A stretch of DNA of 60,555 nucleotides, the filler included, from Sphacelaria rigidula (taxonomy: Eukaryota), in the NCBI GenBank assembly GCA_964200075.2. It is 4 parts of 4 records of this genome, joined end to end, with 100 filler letters (N's around TTAATTAATTAA, not from the genome) between each part and the next. Parts side by side here need not be neighbours in the genome. Positions count along the whole stretch, not along the records: positions 45,497 to 60,555 come from CAXNAA020001927.1; 3 more parts are not named here. One strand, written 5' to 3'. Of this stretch, positions 48,023 through 60,555 are shown piece after piece. Each line of letters begins with the position of its first letter. The first letter of the stretch is position 1. A model generated the notes under the pieces. It worked only from the letters and a program-made list of their open reading frames with translations, was not told the DNA's origin and did no database searches. Made by a program: the position numbers and the translations under genes.

Positions 48023-51000
48023 TCAAGCTTCATTCCCCTTGCCCCGCCCCGGGATCGGGAGGTACACAGGGCTTAGCCCTCCGGTGATGGGAAGGCCGTT
48101 GCTGCAACAAAACCTTACCACGACGAAGTCGCAGCAAACTTGGCTAGGGCTACAGTCGAAGCTCGTCTCGCACCCCCAAGGAGAGTCCAGCATGGACCAT
48201 AGGCCCTTCTTTTGCCCCTGCTCGTCGTGAGGGTTGCTATTACTCTCGTCTCGTTCGTCGACGGGATCAGGACTATCCTGCCCGTTTTCCCCACCCACTT
48301 CGTTATCGGATGCCGAACCTTCCGATCCTCCGCCGTCTCCCTGCAAGCTCTCCGCCAATCGAACCCCCGTTGCCGATCGCGAATACTGCGGCACCCCTAA
48401 TCGTCGCCCGTATAGCCCCTGAAACGCGTCCCGACTAGAGGAAGTACTCAACAATGCGGGCAGTAACGTTGTCCCCAATGCCCCCGAGGGTGTCTTCTGT
48501 TCAGCAATGGCAACAAAAGGAGATTGCGGCAAAGGGGAAAACAATAGACTCCTACCGCCGCGGCCGCCGCTCAGCGCTCGAAGTTTTTGGCGAATCGCCA
48601 ACTCCATGCTGGGTTCCCTCCCGATGCCGTTCCCGCCGACACCAAAAGAGAACGCCGGAGTCGGGTCCAACGACCCGGTACCGTATGGCGCACTGAACGG
48701 CGAACAGAACGGCACGAGGAACGGTGGGATGCCGCTTATCGTGGACGTCAGCCCGGGGGCCCGCGCGCGCTGGCCTTTCAGGCCCTCGCCGATCCAGGAG
48801 GGCAGGTTGATCCAGGCCTGTGCGAAGGGGGGCTTAGCGGGAGTGCCATTGACGATCAGGGTCTCAATAGCGTGTTTTCGCACGATTCCGACAGTGTTGA
48901 GGGAGTACACGCTAATACCGTCCAGGTGAAGTGGGCGCTCTGCCGCGAATGCCGTGAGAACGAAGTGCCAGCAGACCCGCACCTTCATTCAAGAGAAGGA
49001 ATGCCAGACATAAAACAGGATTAGCCTCCGTGAATTGAACCTGTAGTTTACTTAACTTACTTCACACCAGGCAGTAAAGGATGTTCGTACCGCAGAAGGG
49101 TACGTGAACGAACGTAAAAATATATATATACCACGAAAATTAGACGCCTCACTTGTGCCGTGTTGAAAGTTAATTTTTAGCTCTAGCTGTTTTAGTCGGC
49201 CATCTTACATCTTTCAAAGTTCGTTATTACCCTGCGTTGTGTTCCGACCCATGGTGTAGTGCTTCACACATTCGTGGTTTCCAAAACATCACACAGCTTT
49301 CCAAGACAAGAATTTGAGTGAATTGGTACCTTAACCCTTTTGGGACCGACCTCCCATTAACACGGGGTTGACCATGTGTTCGTGAAGTAATAAAAAATAA
49401 GTCTTCGAGCGACCTGCCCAATCACGCCGAGGCGAAATTTATCAATCAGACCTCAACGACCAGCGCGGGGACTGTTACCGAGTGTGATGTCACTGGAAAT
49501 ATCGTGTTGGGGCCCTATCCCTAACCCAGATGAGCCTTCCCAGGTATGCAAATCCTGGATGCTCGGGGAATGGCTCTTCGTATTACTTGCATTCAGTATA
49601 GCGTTCCCGGGACTTCCCCGGAGTTTTTGGGGTCACCAGCCTATACTAAAACGTAGTAATTACACCAACACAGGGTCGAGGGGGAAAAACCGGGGAGGAG
49701 AGTACATGCTACAATGTGGCCATTTTCACGAGACACTAAACCCAGGTGGGTCGTGGAAAAAAAAAGGAGCTATCGTCATGAATTCTGCCTATCCTTCTAC
49801 CGATAACTTGCAGTGTGCACTTAACATGTATGTAGTGGGCGAGGATGAAGAAGCGGTATATANNNNNNNNNNTAGCTGAGAACTGCCCAGAACGTGCAAG
49901 GGAGTATGCAGCGGCAGCTGCTGCTGCAGTCGGAGAGGCATACTGCACTGTACTGTATATATGTATATGCGCCGCAACGCCCGTACCCTTCGAATAGAAT
50001 TTGTCGCACGCAACAAACAGGGAAATGGCGGCCCACCCCAACCACAAAGGGCTATGTGGCAAGGTGATGGGGATCATAATATCATCCAAAGCCACGAGTG
50101 GCGGGCGGCCCGCCGGTCGCCGCATCATGTTGAAAGCTCTCTACCGCGACACGTACTGCTTTCTACATCACATGTACATTGCCTAATGTGCACCCTACAC
50201 CTGGCGGTTACATGGGCCAATTTTCAGCAACATGCCACTGTTTCGTGCAGACGCCAGACGCGTCATTCCCAACCAGTCTCATTGGTCGTTCTGGAGGCCC
50301 GGTCCCAAGGGGGGTTGACAGCCGGGGGTGGAAATTGTGTTCTCAGAACAAAATACAACAGCGTTGAATTATATCACTGTCCGATCGCCGAATCAGCAAC
50401 AACCTGAATGCATCCCATATGTTTCCCCGCATTGATTTCGGGACCAGCGGCCTTAGTGAAACAATACCAGATGAGATAACGTCACCACGTTGGAAAAGGA
50501 AAAAAAAACAACTCACCTGCTGTCTGCTGGCGTCGTAAGATAGCCGGAACGTGGTGGAGACATCGCTTATCAGCATTTGCCGCAAGAAGCGAAGCGTTGC
50601 AAACAATCGCTGGTACGACTTTATTCCGCTCAGCACAACTCCCGACTGATCCACCGTGCCGTCAAAACCCCCGCGACAGCAAAAGCAGGGTAGGCGAAAA
50701 GGCGAACGCGTAGCAGGGCGATACGACATCGTTAGTTTGCTCCATCATCAAGCACAACGACTTCACCTCTTAAGCAGCGGGCAGAAAAACAGGAAGTGAG
50801 TGCGAAAGAACACCACCTTTTCTCAACCATTACACCTACAATTTTTCTCAGACCCACGGTCGGAAGATGCAAGACTTCCGGGCAACCACTCACAAAAAAT
50901 ACCAGTCTCCTCCGGCGGGGGCTATGCCACTACAGTGGCGAGCTTGCGGACAGGTACCCTCTCACGCTCAACCCTTTTGGAACGCACGAAACACAGTACA

Positions 51001-53488
51001 GATTGCCATATTTGAGCTTTCGTCGCCGGGAAAACGTGACTTGGAGGTCGGTGCACGAATCTGTCACATTAGTATACGTGAACTTGGAGTGGTACACCGT
51101 TTTGGTGGGCTGCATCATCAACACTTGCAGGGAAAAACCGCATCTCTTACCCAAGAAACGTCAATTGTAAATCGTCATTTTCCCATCAACGGTTCCAAGG
51201 GGTTTAAGGAAACACACTCATCATGATGAAAAATCAGATGGTACGCAAACCGTGCATTAAGTACCCTTGTGGGTGAAGTGTGCTATGACCCTCCGTGTCT
51301 CGTGATATTGGCTAGGGGTACGACCTCGAGAATTGACCAGGCGACACTTACGTTGCAGAGTTTTGACTTTGGCGAGAATAAAGTTTGGTACAAACGTCAC
51401 TTACGCGAGGGGGGAGGTGTGTGAGTGTAGTCACTGTACTAGCTGCGAGTTCAACCTTGGTTCGTTTAGGTACTCTCGTACCTACCCGTTTCAAGTATCC
51501 TGCAATAGGAGTCCAAGCAGCTCGCGGTCTACCCAAGCGATTGGAGCATGACACCGCGAGGAGAATGCAGTTTCGGCTGTGGCAGCTCTCTGGCTGCGCA
51601 GTACGAGCAGGGTCAGCTTGAAAGCGGCTAAAATTTTCTCGCACCACAGTTTTTCCAGTTTCCCGAATGGACCCGATGTGAGCATATCACTGTGAACTGC
51701 TGACCCACGTGATGACAAAGGACTGCGTCGCTGTTCGATTGGCGTCATATTGCCGATAACGTTTTTGTCCTGCATAGAGTACAGGGTGGGTCTGATGTCG
51801 TTGAGCGATAGCGTGTCGGACTGCGTTTTTTTTTTAATGCGGGGGGTTCACGTCAGCAATCACCCTGCACTGGGTATTAGTGAGGTGCAGCAGCGGCACG
51901 GAAAATGTTGAACATACGGCCCAATTCGACTAGTCTTGAGCTGAAATTTCAGGAAGAACCTCTGCACCCAAGGAGCTGATACTTCACGAGTCCAGCTGCA
52001 GATTCTCCTTTTTTTCCTGGACTTGTGGCATTATCTAGTTTTTTTTCCGAATTTTCGAATCCCCATAACTTCCTTATTTTTTATTTTTATATTTGCTGCT
52101 CACGTGAGCTTCTGAATTTTGATCATAAAAAACTGCTGTCATAATTTCAGCGTCCAACTCCTAATATCTCGCCGTGCGTCGCCTGAGCGAGGTTCGCGCC
52201 TACTCTTGGCTGACCCAGCTCGTAACTACTTTGTGTTGCAACGACCACGAGTGTCCAGCCCTCACGAGTGTCCAGCCCTCATTGACCAGGGCTAGAGACG
52301 CATGAAAAATATGAACAAATATAACCAGGATTGGAGTTTCATGGCGATATTTCTTTTTTGAAGTGAGCACTTGATCCCCAACTACATGATCTATGGGAAG
52401 CACTCGGTACATCACTCTTTACGCCGGTGGAATGCCGGGCAACTCACCGTCATCTGTCCGACGCCAGCTTGGGTGCCGTCGGAGGCTACTGCCCAGAGTT
52501 GCAAGTTTTTTGGCGGCATTCGCTCCCTACTTCGCTTACAGCCCAACTTATACGAAAAGCAAGAGTCAGAGAAGCCTGTGCCATCACGATGAACGAAGGA
52601 GTGATCATGACCGCATGTGTCGTTCAAGTGTTTATTAGGCAGCAACACAACCAACGAGGGGACCCATATTGATTGCTGATCGTTGTTGTTGTTGTTTTGT
52701 CTATACATTGGAAACCGTCCCGATATCTGCGCAGGACTCTGTAATGGGCATCTGATGGGGACGCTTTCCGTGGTCACAGGCTAACTATCCCAAAGTAGGT
52801 TGAAAAAGTCAAAAATAAAATCGAACCCAGAGAATTTCACACGGACACGATATAAATGAAAAAAAAAGCGGACGAAATAGAAGGAAAAGAAGGAATATAT
52901 AGATGTGTGTATATATATATATATATATATTGCTAGCCTCCTAAGTTCCGATGCCGTATGCGACCATTCGGGCTACTGGAGGCAGGGCCCATTGGTCCCT
53001 CCCTCAACACGCGAAGCCGAACAGGGAGGTAGCCAAACTCAAGGGTCAAGATCACTAGCCCCAGCGAGAAGGATAGCAGGGTTCTATCCTTGCACCTTTA
53101 GAAGGACATACATATCGATGCGGGGCGGTAACGCATCACACTGTACTGTGGGTGAACAGGTAGGTGGGGGCTCACGAGACAGACGAGTCGATCTTATCAT
53201 GAGGGTGATGGGTCAAATGGCAATTGCGACGGGCTGATGTCCAGTAGCGCAGCACATTCGAGGCATAGAAAACGTGCTTGCCGACGGAATCTCGAGATGG
53301 TCCGCAGGTAAGGTGCACCACAAGATTAACCACTTAACTGGAGAACACGGTTGGCACTATTACGACATCGGTGGCCGGGGTAATGCCATACTCGAGTTTT
53401 AACTGCAAGGACCGTTGACACGAAGGCGACGAGGTGATGAACAACGGTCGGTCATTACCAAACGAGGAAACTGAAAAGTTGGAGCGTA

Positions 53489-53521
<33 letters not shown>

Positions 53522-56500
53522 CACCCCCCCCCCCTCCCCCCCCCCCCCCCCCCAGAANNNNNNCCCACAGAGGAGACGGAACCTTGGGGGGTCTTGTGCC
53601 GCCCCCCCCCCCCCCCGGTACCCCCACCTTCCCTATATTCCCTCACTGCCGACCAGGAGGAAAGCATGGTCACCTGGGTGATGAGCTGGAGCTTGTACAA
53701 ACACTAGCTTGCACATATGTCGGTAGTAGTACAAATAAGAGTTACATTGGACAGTTCGCGGCACAGGTAAAATCGAGACAAACTCGGGGGAAGCAGGCGT
53801 TCCTGCGAGAGGAACACGTGGAGTTGACCGCGGTGACCGCAATCACAACGTTCATGGCGAGCAGGGGTTACTGCCACGGGAACCGGAGTTCGACGGTCCG
53901 ATCGGAGCTGTCTGCTATCCAGTATTTCCATACGATGTTATCAGGTTGGGATCTACCCACCCGGGATTGTATGTTGACCGCCGTCTACAACAGTATCGAC
54001 CGGACTACACGTAAAGGGGGACGTCAAGAGTAGGGTAAGAAAACCACTAACGATAGATACAGCACCCTGGATGATAGATTCAGTACCCTGGATGCTAGCG
54101 AGACGGGGGAAGGCAGAGTCGATGTAGAATCGTATATGTTTTTTTTTTATCTTGGACGGGCTCTCTCGCAATTTCTCTCGTGTGAAGCACCCGAAATCTG
54201 GTCGTACAATGATGTGTTCGTGCATTCCGAGTTTTGCCTCACCAGGGGCGACCTGAATTGTTTTCAAGGTAGCGGGCACAGTAAAAGTCGCGTTCAAGGC
54301 TTTCAGGGCTGACCAAAAATGCCAAAGAGCGGTGATTTCCATAAAAATGGTACAAGAAGTGCGTGATGAGTTTCACAACCAGAAGATCCACAGTGCGCTA
54401 GAGCTACTGCTCGAACTACTCGGTTTTCACCCTAGTTTAGACGCGCAAGCGCCACTAATGCAGGCTTTCAAGGGGGGTTGCTGGAAAGATATCACTCGCG
54501 ATGAGGTCACCTATGCACTTTGACAAATAGCGAGTTGTGCAGGTAGGGATCCCATGCAATATGCCCTGCACTCGGGCAGGACAGGTAGAGGTACCCACCT
54601 AGCAGCGCAAAGAGAGCGGGTTATCGATCAAGAACCAGGTTTCACGGGCTAGCCCGATATATAGCGTACCCACGGCGGCGAGGTTTGCAGCTGGGCAGAG
54701 TCAGTCTCTCTTCTTTCCCCTTATGATCTATTTGGTTCGTCCTCTGATTTTTTCAAATCTTGACTTGTCTTGGGAAATTCATGATTCTCGAGCAAAAAAC
54801 AACTAAATATGTTGATATTGACGCCGGTGACGATCAACGTCGACACCACTACATTTACAATGAGCAGCGTTCACTGCTCCAAAAACAGTCATGATAAATA
54901 ATCATCTGCGGCGGAGCATGTTTCCCACAATCGCCAGAAGTAGCGCTCCAGACGCTGCAATGCATTGACGTTGGTAAATGTGAATACGAGTTTACACTCC
55001 CAAAATATACTGAGCCACGAAGCTTGTACCCCTCAATCACTACCACCTCAGCCCTTAGACAGCGAGCGTCCCCTCGGAACAAATTCACAGGCTGACAGTC
55101 CAGGGACATGCGGGGTTTCCGGGGGCGCGCGGGGGGGGTGGACAGGGGGGTGGGGTCTCATTCGCGAACTGCCGAAAAGCTCACCATGTCAACCATGTGT
55201 GTTTGGAAGTTTCCCACGTAAAATTCCAAGCCATGAACGAGGCCCGAGAGGAGCGGAGTGACCATTTTGATCGATCACAGCTATTAAAGTGGTCACTTTG
55301 TTCGCATACAGGTGTACTACAGATGGACTGCGACTACTTCGCTGTCTAGTCATATTTCTCATTTTTTTGTTGATAATTCAACCTAGATAACACGGGCACA
55401 AATAACGCGCTCTTTACTCTGTTCGTGGTGTGCGCCGCCTGCCTGACCCCTGGTATGTTGGCAGCATACCTTCCACGGTCAAGACGAATCATCACGACTA
55501 CGAATCACCGAATCCACGATTTCTTTGGCCTGAACGCCCAAAAGGGAGAAAAAAAATGACCGCTGGTCCAAGGGGTACTCACGCAACTTTTGCGCCATTC
55601 CACGTGTCTGGGCTGCGTGTACCTGGGTTGCAACGCTGAAAACAAAGCCTGGGGATTGATTCGTACGATTCAAATATATTTTACTAAAACCAAGTAATTT
55701 CCAGACGAATCATTATTTGTCCGACTCTTGATGCCTTCACACCGTAGCGTTGTGGTGGCACACTAGGCAGAAACACCAGCGGCATGCAGTAGACTGTGCT
55801 CAGTGGAGAGTGATAGCACGCGCACTGTTTCTTGCCACTGTATCCAGCAAAGACATCCAGCCCACACACAGCCTCTACACGAATTAGACTGCAGGGTCAA
55901 AACCGGTCAGGGATTCTCCGGGACTATTATCTATATAGATGCCCAACATCCACAGTTCATCAAAAAAGCGTCCTGTGTACCGAGAAAAGAGCCGTTCTGC
56001 ACCACAAATGCAGCATACGAACATTCCATCACAGTCCACCTGCGAGAGGTTCTTTGTCTCAGGGTTCACGATGGCGTGGGTGACTCCGCGCAAGCTTGCA
56101 TTGTCGTAGGTCTGTGACGCGTATACAAGGTGGCGTAGTGCGTGACGTGATCCACTGTCGCTGTACTGTACTACTATGCCGCTGTATCGTTTATATGAGT
56201 ATATTCACTACTGACTACGAGTCAGTGTATTTAGTTGTACTTCGTCCAGTCAGAATGTGCAGTCAGCAGCCTGTCATTATCGCACTTGAAGACGAGGGGG
56301 AACTACAAACAAACGTTACGCTACTGTTGTTGCGCTACACCGTACTTCACATAAAAGCACATTCGTTTGCACCTAAACCAGATTCAAATGACAACCGACC
56401 GGACCGCATACATAACATGATACAGCTTGCTTATGACGACAAATTTGCTGAGCTCAAGGGCAGCCATCCCGCACAAATCGAAAGGTAAGAACGATAGCGC

Positions 56501-57483
56501 GCGAAATACTTTACCGTACGGGATGCGGCGCATTGCGAAAGCCACTGGCCAACGAACGTCACGGAGATGAAGTGAAGTGCGTTTCATAGGGTTTCGTGTT
56601 TCGTGGCGTTTCATGAGTGGGATTGTGGAAAATGGGAGCTGAACGGTAAACTCCGTCATCCCGACGCCCCACTTGAGCTCCTTCCCCCTCCCTCCCACAA
56701 CTGGATCCACGACGTTCACAAGAAGTGTCTCGAGATTTGCAGTGAGGACAGAATGGGAGAAATATGGGGGGGGCGGGGGGAGGAGGGGCGCTGTTTTGCA
56801 AACATGTGCAACACACAGACAGATTCTGCAGTACAGGCAGCCTTTCTACAAAACATCCAAACCTGAACAGTACACACTACTTCACGTGGGTCAAGTCGAG
56901 TCATCCCGCCCCCGCCCCCCCTCCACCCGCCCCACGCCTGTCCCCTTACCGGATCTACGAGCTGCAGGTCTTCCGTGTAGATATCAAAATCGAGATCATC
57001 GTTACTCGTGAACATATGGGCGTAGTCCCGCCTCAAGGTGTCAATAACCTTGCCAACATTGCGGTTGAAATCCGCGAGCTCCTTGTCACCCTCTCCCATG
57101 CCACTCCTCTTCTCCCCCTCGTATCCCGCCGGCCTCGGACTTCTCGCTACCGACGCATAAACCGCGTTCCTTGACTTCGATACATGAGCGTACATTTTCT
57201 TAACTGAAGCGGGCGTCTCATCTCCTCGCCATGATCGCCGCCGCCATCGCCGGGGGTCGTGTCCGATAGCTTTTGATCGTATCGAGTCCAGCGTCCGAGT
57301 CCTGCTGTGGTATCCAGGTGTACTGTCGCGGGCGGTGACAGATGTTGCCCTCGGCGTTGACCCGGTGAACGAGAAGCAGATCCCGGCCCCCGGGAAGCAC
57401 GTTAGACTTGCTGCCGCCACGAAGAAGGGCGTCCATCGTTTTCGACGGTGTCGGGTGTATTGCGGCGTGGTTACTGTTTTCAT
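48023..57483 (-). CDS. DUF2358 (NTF2-like) protein with putative bipartite plastid leader and Cys-rich C-terminus, ~540 aa
   Basis: Exons 57483-56950, 50645-50517 and 48982-48023 (stop), all phase 0. FNRNVGKVIDTLRRDY..MF..DFDIYTEDLQLVDPSGVVLSGIKSYQRLFATLRF...VRVCW...DGISVYSLN..G.VRKH is typical of DUF2358. An alternative in-frame ATG lies at 57531. Confidence 0.85.
51604..52222 (-). mobile_element. MITE family B, copy 2 (in DUF2358 intron 1)
   Basis: TA-CGAGCAGGGTCAGC ... GCTGACCCAGCTCG-TA; 619 bp. Reverse-complement homologue of 10452-11070. Confidence 0.9.
52940..54612 (+). mobile_element. Degenerate tyrosine-recombinase retrotransposon (Ngaro/DIRS order): RNase H plus YR relic
   Basis: RNase H motifs SSDA, RGGNAS and AQHIRGIENVLADGISRW (to 53300). 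YR motifs STVRSELSAIQYFH, RKPLT, FKAFRADQ and YALHSGRTGRGT (HxxR at 54569-54580). Several stops and frameshifts. Catalytic Tyr region missing. Confidence 0.85.
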
Positions 57484-58340
57484 GTTGTGGCTAGGTTTGG
57501 TGGGTGTTATTGTACTGTCACATACATGCATGATGTCGGTTCCGACCACCTTGACCTACGGGACATTATCGGTGGAAAAGTCTAATAGTTGAATGTAAAC
57601 TGCGAAGTTCTTCCCGGTGTCGAGGCCCGTGGGTGTCCACAAGGCAGCGGTGAGCTCAAGCGAGGCGGGTGGGTTCGCGTTTCATGTATGGGAGTATGGA
57701 GGGAGGTGGATGGGAAAATGCACTGAGGGGATATGTCCGGAGTAATCCTCCCGCTGGTGCTTCCGATCAAGGTGCGATGAGATGTCGTTGAAACGTTTCA
57801 AAGTTCCCGAATAGGTAACGGCTGTTGTGCGTACTGCAGCGTTACACTGGTACGATATCCTGAGCCCTCTCCCGATGATCTTGTAAATTAGAGAACCTCT
57901 GTTCGTGCACCAAATATGCCGCTGGATAAGACGTCGGCATTTCCGTTCCTTGCCGATCCAGTTGTTTTCGGTCGTCATGTCCGCATGCGTGTTTTTGCTC
58001 CTTCTACAGAACAGATGTCAGATGAAGTACAATACCGTGAGCAGTGAGGGAGGTTGTATGTCCGCGTTGCCAGTGTCTCTGGGTGTCATGAGTTGCAAGG
58101 CACTGCCAGCATTAGAAGATTGGAACCATGTCCTTGGCGACTCGTCATAAAAAGCTGCGCTATTCTGCCGCTGCCATGGCATCTACCCTTCCATTGTATG
58201 CGATGCACCTGCGTGCGTTGAAACGGAGCATAGCTTTGACATCTGGACAGCTTGCCGCTCGTTCACCCTAGAAGTTGCGTATAGACAACTACAAGCTGAA
58301 CCGACCAAGGCTCCGCCTCCAAAGGCAAGTCACGATGAGC

Positions 58341-58713
58341 GGCGCAATTTTCCGAATTTTGAGGTGAAATTTCGAAATTTCGACGCGCAGAAACACCGTC
58401 AAAATCTTCCCTCGCCCGAGAAATAACATTATTTTACCCCGACTCCGGGTTGTTGTTGTCTTCACATAAAAAAACCGGGTGATGAACAATTTTGTGGGCT
58501 TTCTTCAGCTCCCTTAACCCTTGGACATCGAGGGTGGTCCATCTGGATAATGTGTACTTTCTTCAGGCGAAATTGATCTCGATTCAAGAGATGACTCTCG
58601 CCGTTTGAGGGTTAGGGCGTGTGAAAAAACGAACTGATTCTTTGGCAAGGGGTAGGTCCATGTGTTGTTTTCTCTGGTGTCAAATTTCACCTCAAAACTT
58701 GGAAAATTGCGCC
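58341..58713. repeat. ~32-bp inverted repeat pair, probable MITE
   Basis: GGCGCAATTTTCCGAATTTTGAGGTGAAATTT versus AAATTTCACCTCAAAACTTGGAAAATTGCGCC. No target duplication resolved. Confidence 0.7.
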
Positions 58714-59449
58714 ACGCATGGACGTTTTGGCGTGAGCATGCCGAAGAATGAGGTGTATGTCGGTAATGTACTGGATTAAGTGCAGCGCGCGCCCAAGCAT
58801 TCGCCATGAGGAAAGTGTCGGCGATTTCACCACGTAGGATAGCTTTGATGTGACGATCGAGGAGTACCTTGACGTCTGCGCAGCGTAAGGTTACCCACTC
58901 GTAGATCGGCGGCATCCGGATGCACGAGTCTCACACTCTGATCGGGTGCGTTGTACTATCTCTACTCTACTACTGCCTTTACCGCATGTGGCAACTCATT
59001 CGGCCGCCGGGCCTTCTCCGGAATAACAGTATTACCTTTCTGGCGCCGATAACCCCGGCGCAACATACTTACAAGAGGTGCAAACAGCACGTTACACTGG
59101 CGATGTAAATAGCCGCAGTATAATCAAAGCAAGGGTCGGAACGAATGAATGATTCGTCCGGAAGGTACTTTATTTTAGTGTAATTGATTCGTGCGGTACG
59201 AATCAATCCTCACGCTTTGTTTTTAGCGTTGCAACCCAGGTACGCGAAGCCCAGGCACGCGGAATGGCTGGCGCAAAAGTAGCGTGGACACCTGTTTGAC
59301 CAACTGTCGACTTTTTTCTCTCTTTCGATCAATCAGGCCTAAGAAATCGTGGATTCGGTGATTCGAATCGGCGATGATTCGTCCGAACCGTGAACTAAAG
59401 TAAGTGCAGGCTGGGCCAGCCTACAAGCGGATTTGTACTTTGCAGGCGA

Positions 59450-59915
59450 ATTCGCAATTTTTTTCTTGGAGTTAGAAAGTGAAATTTGATTTAACTCACG
59501 AAAAAAACAAAACCGCCGGGACCTCACATACAGCTTTTCTTCATGCCCTGTTGAGTGTCCATTATTTTATTATTATTATTATTATTTCCGCACATAAGTC
59601 CGATCTCGCGAACCCGTGGTCACAGACGTAGACTCGCCTTTNNNNNNNNGACACATCACCAAAATAGAGAAAAAAAATAAGAAGAGCGACGCCACGAAAA
59701 CCGGAGAGAAGTAGCTCCCCCGAGTTCAACGGAGAGAGAAAAGAAAGAAAGACAAAACAAACAAACAAACAAACAAACAAACAAACATCAAACGCCAGAT
59801 CTATCAGAAGTGTACACCGAAAGAAAGGAAGAGAGACGATAATAAAGGACAAGAACCAGGAAAAGATCCATACGTACCTAATTTCACTTTCCAACTCCAA
59901 GAAAAAATTGCGAAT
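59450..59915. repeat. ~36-bp inverted repeat pair spanning a small gap
   Basis: ATTCGCAATTTTTTTCTTGGAGTTAGAAAGTGAAATT versus AATTTCACTTTCCAACTCCAAGAAAAAATTGCGAAT. Confidence 0.7.
59562..59641 (-). mobile_element. Retroposon 3' end with (TAA)n tail, copy 4
   Basis: (ATT)n-TCCGCACATAAGTCCGATCTCGCGAACCCGTGGTCACAGACGTAGACTCGCC, then an N gap. Confidence 0.7.
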
Positions 59916-60555
59916 GTACCTTTGAAAAAACGAGGCGGTGGAAATTCGGAACAGTATTTTGCTGGCCGTTCATCGGCCCACGTTTGGTGTTTGTGGGTTG
60001 AAACTTTGTGCGGAACCTTACTAGGTCGTGATGAACCAAAAAAAATGGGTGAAGTTGGGTTTTATTTTATTTTTTCACCGATTGAGGGCGTTTTAGTATG
60101 GTAATGATCAGTTTTTTACGAGAACGCCCGAACCTCTCATAAAGAGAAAAAAAAAATCAAGACCCATTTTTTTTTACTCAGCATACCTCTGTTGTTTTCC
60201 ATGCCAAGTTTCAAATCACAATCCTCAAAATTGAGCTGAAAAATTGAGATGAGGCCCAAGAGCAATGTCCATTTCTCCTCAAAATCCCCCTGAAAACACG
60301 AAAAAAGATGAGAAAAAACGAGAATAAAAACGAAAAAGCTGCGTTATTTATTTCATTATTCTCTAGCAGTTCTCCATACTAAATTTTATAGCACAACTCT
60401 CAAGAACTGAGACGCGACATCCAGATTTAGGTCATCTAGTGCCTATGCTCGTAATATACTGATTTTAGTATGGAACCTTATGTGCGCCATTTCTCGAGAT
60501 AGATAACGAATTAGGTGAAAGTGAGGGTATCTATCGTCTCCCCGTGCTCCAGGGA

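Noticed and set aside
53490..53620. Poly-Pro/poly-Gly ORFs
   Set aside because: They come from poly-C runs around an N gap, likely a sequencing or assembly artefact. The same applies near 15170-15260 and 33380-33520.

Overview
This is intron-rich eukaryotic genomic DNA, probably from a brown alga or related stramenopile (inferred from intron size, GC content and a possible bipartite plastid leader). It is not one locus. Four unrelated ~15 kb contigs (1-15066, 15167-30232, 30333-45396, 45497-60555) are joined by artificial N44-TTAATTAATTAA-N44 linkers, apparently in length order. Spliced genes were rebuilt by hand from splice sites and reading phase. Contig 1 has a minus-strand multi-exon gene of unknown function head-to-head with an ethanolamine-phosphate cytidylyltransferase (PCYT2/PECT). 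Contig 2 has exon 1 of a NEK-like kinase head-to-head with NOP16. Contig 3 has 13 internal exons of an SPX-EXS (XPR1/SYG1/PHO1) phosphate exporter, with a probable GC-AG intron. Contig 4 has a complete 3-exon DUF2358-like gene with a Cys-rich tail. Introns and intergenic DNA are full of transposons: two Tc1/mariner-type MITE families (TA target duplications), hAT-type MITEs (8-bp target duplications), a pogo-like transposase pseudogene, an Ngaro/DIRS tyrosine-recombinase retrotransposon relic, a tRNA-derived SINE head and a recurring (TAA)n-tailed retroposon 3' end. No CRISPR array, rRNA or intact tRNA was found. I see no strong evidence for a wholly new system. The best leads are the SINE head/tail pair, the DUF2358 Cys motif, the unknown gene and a ~97-nt hairpin.
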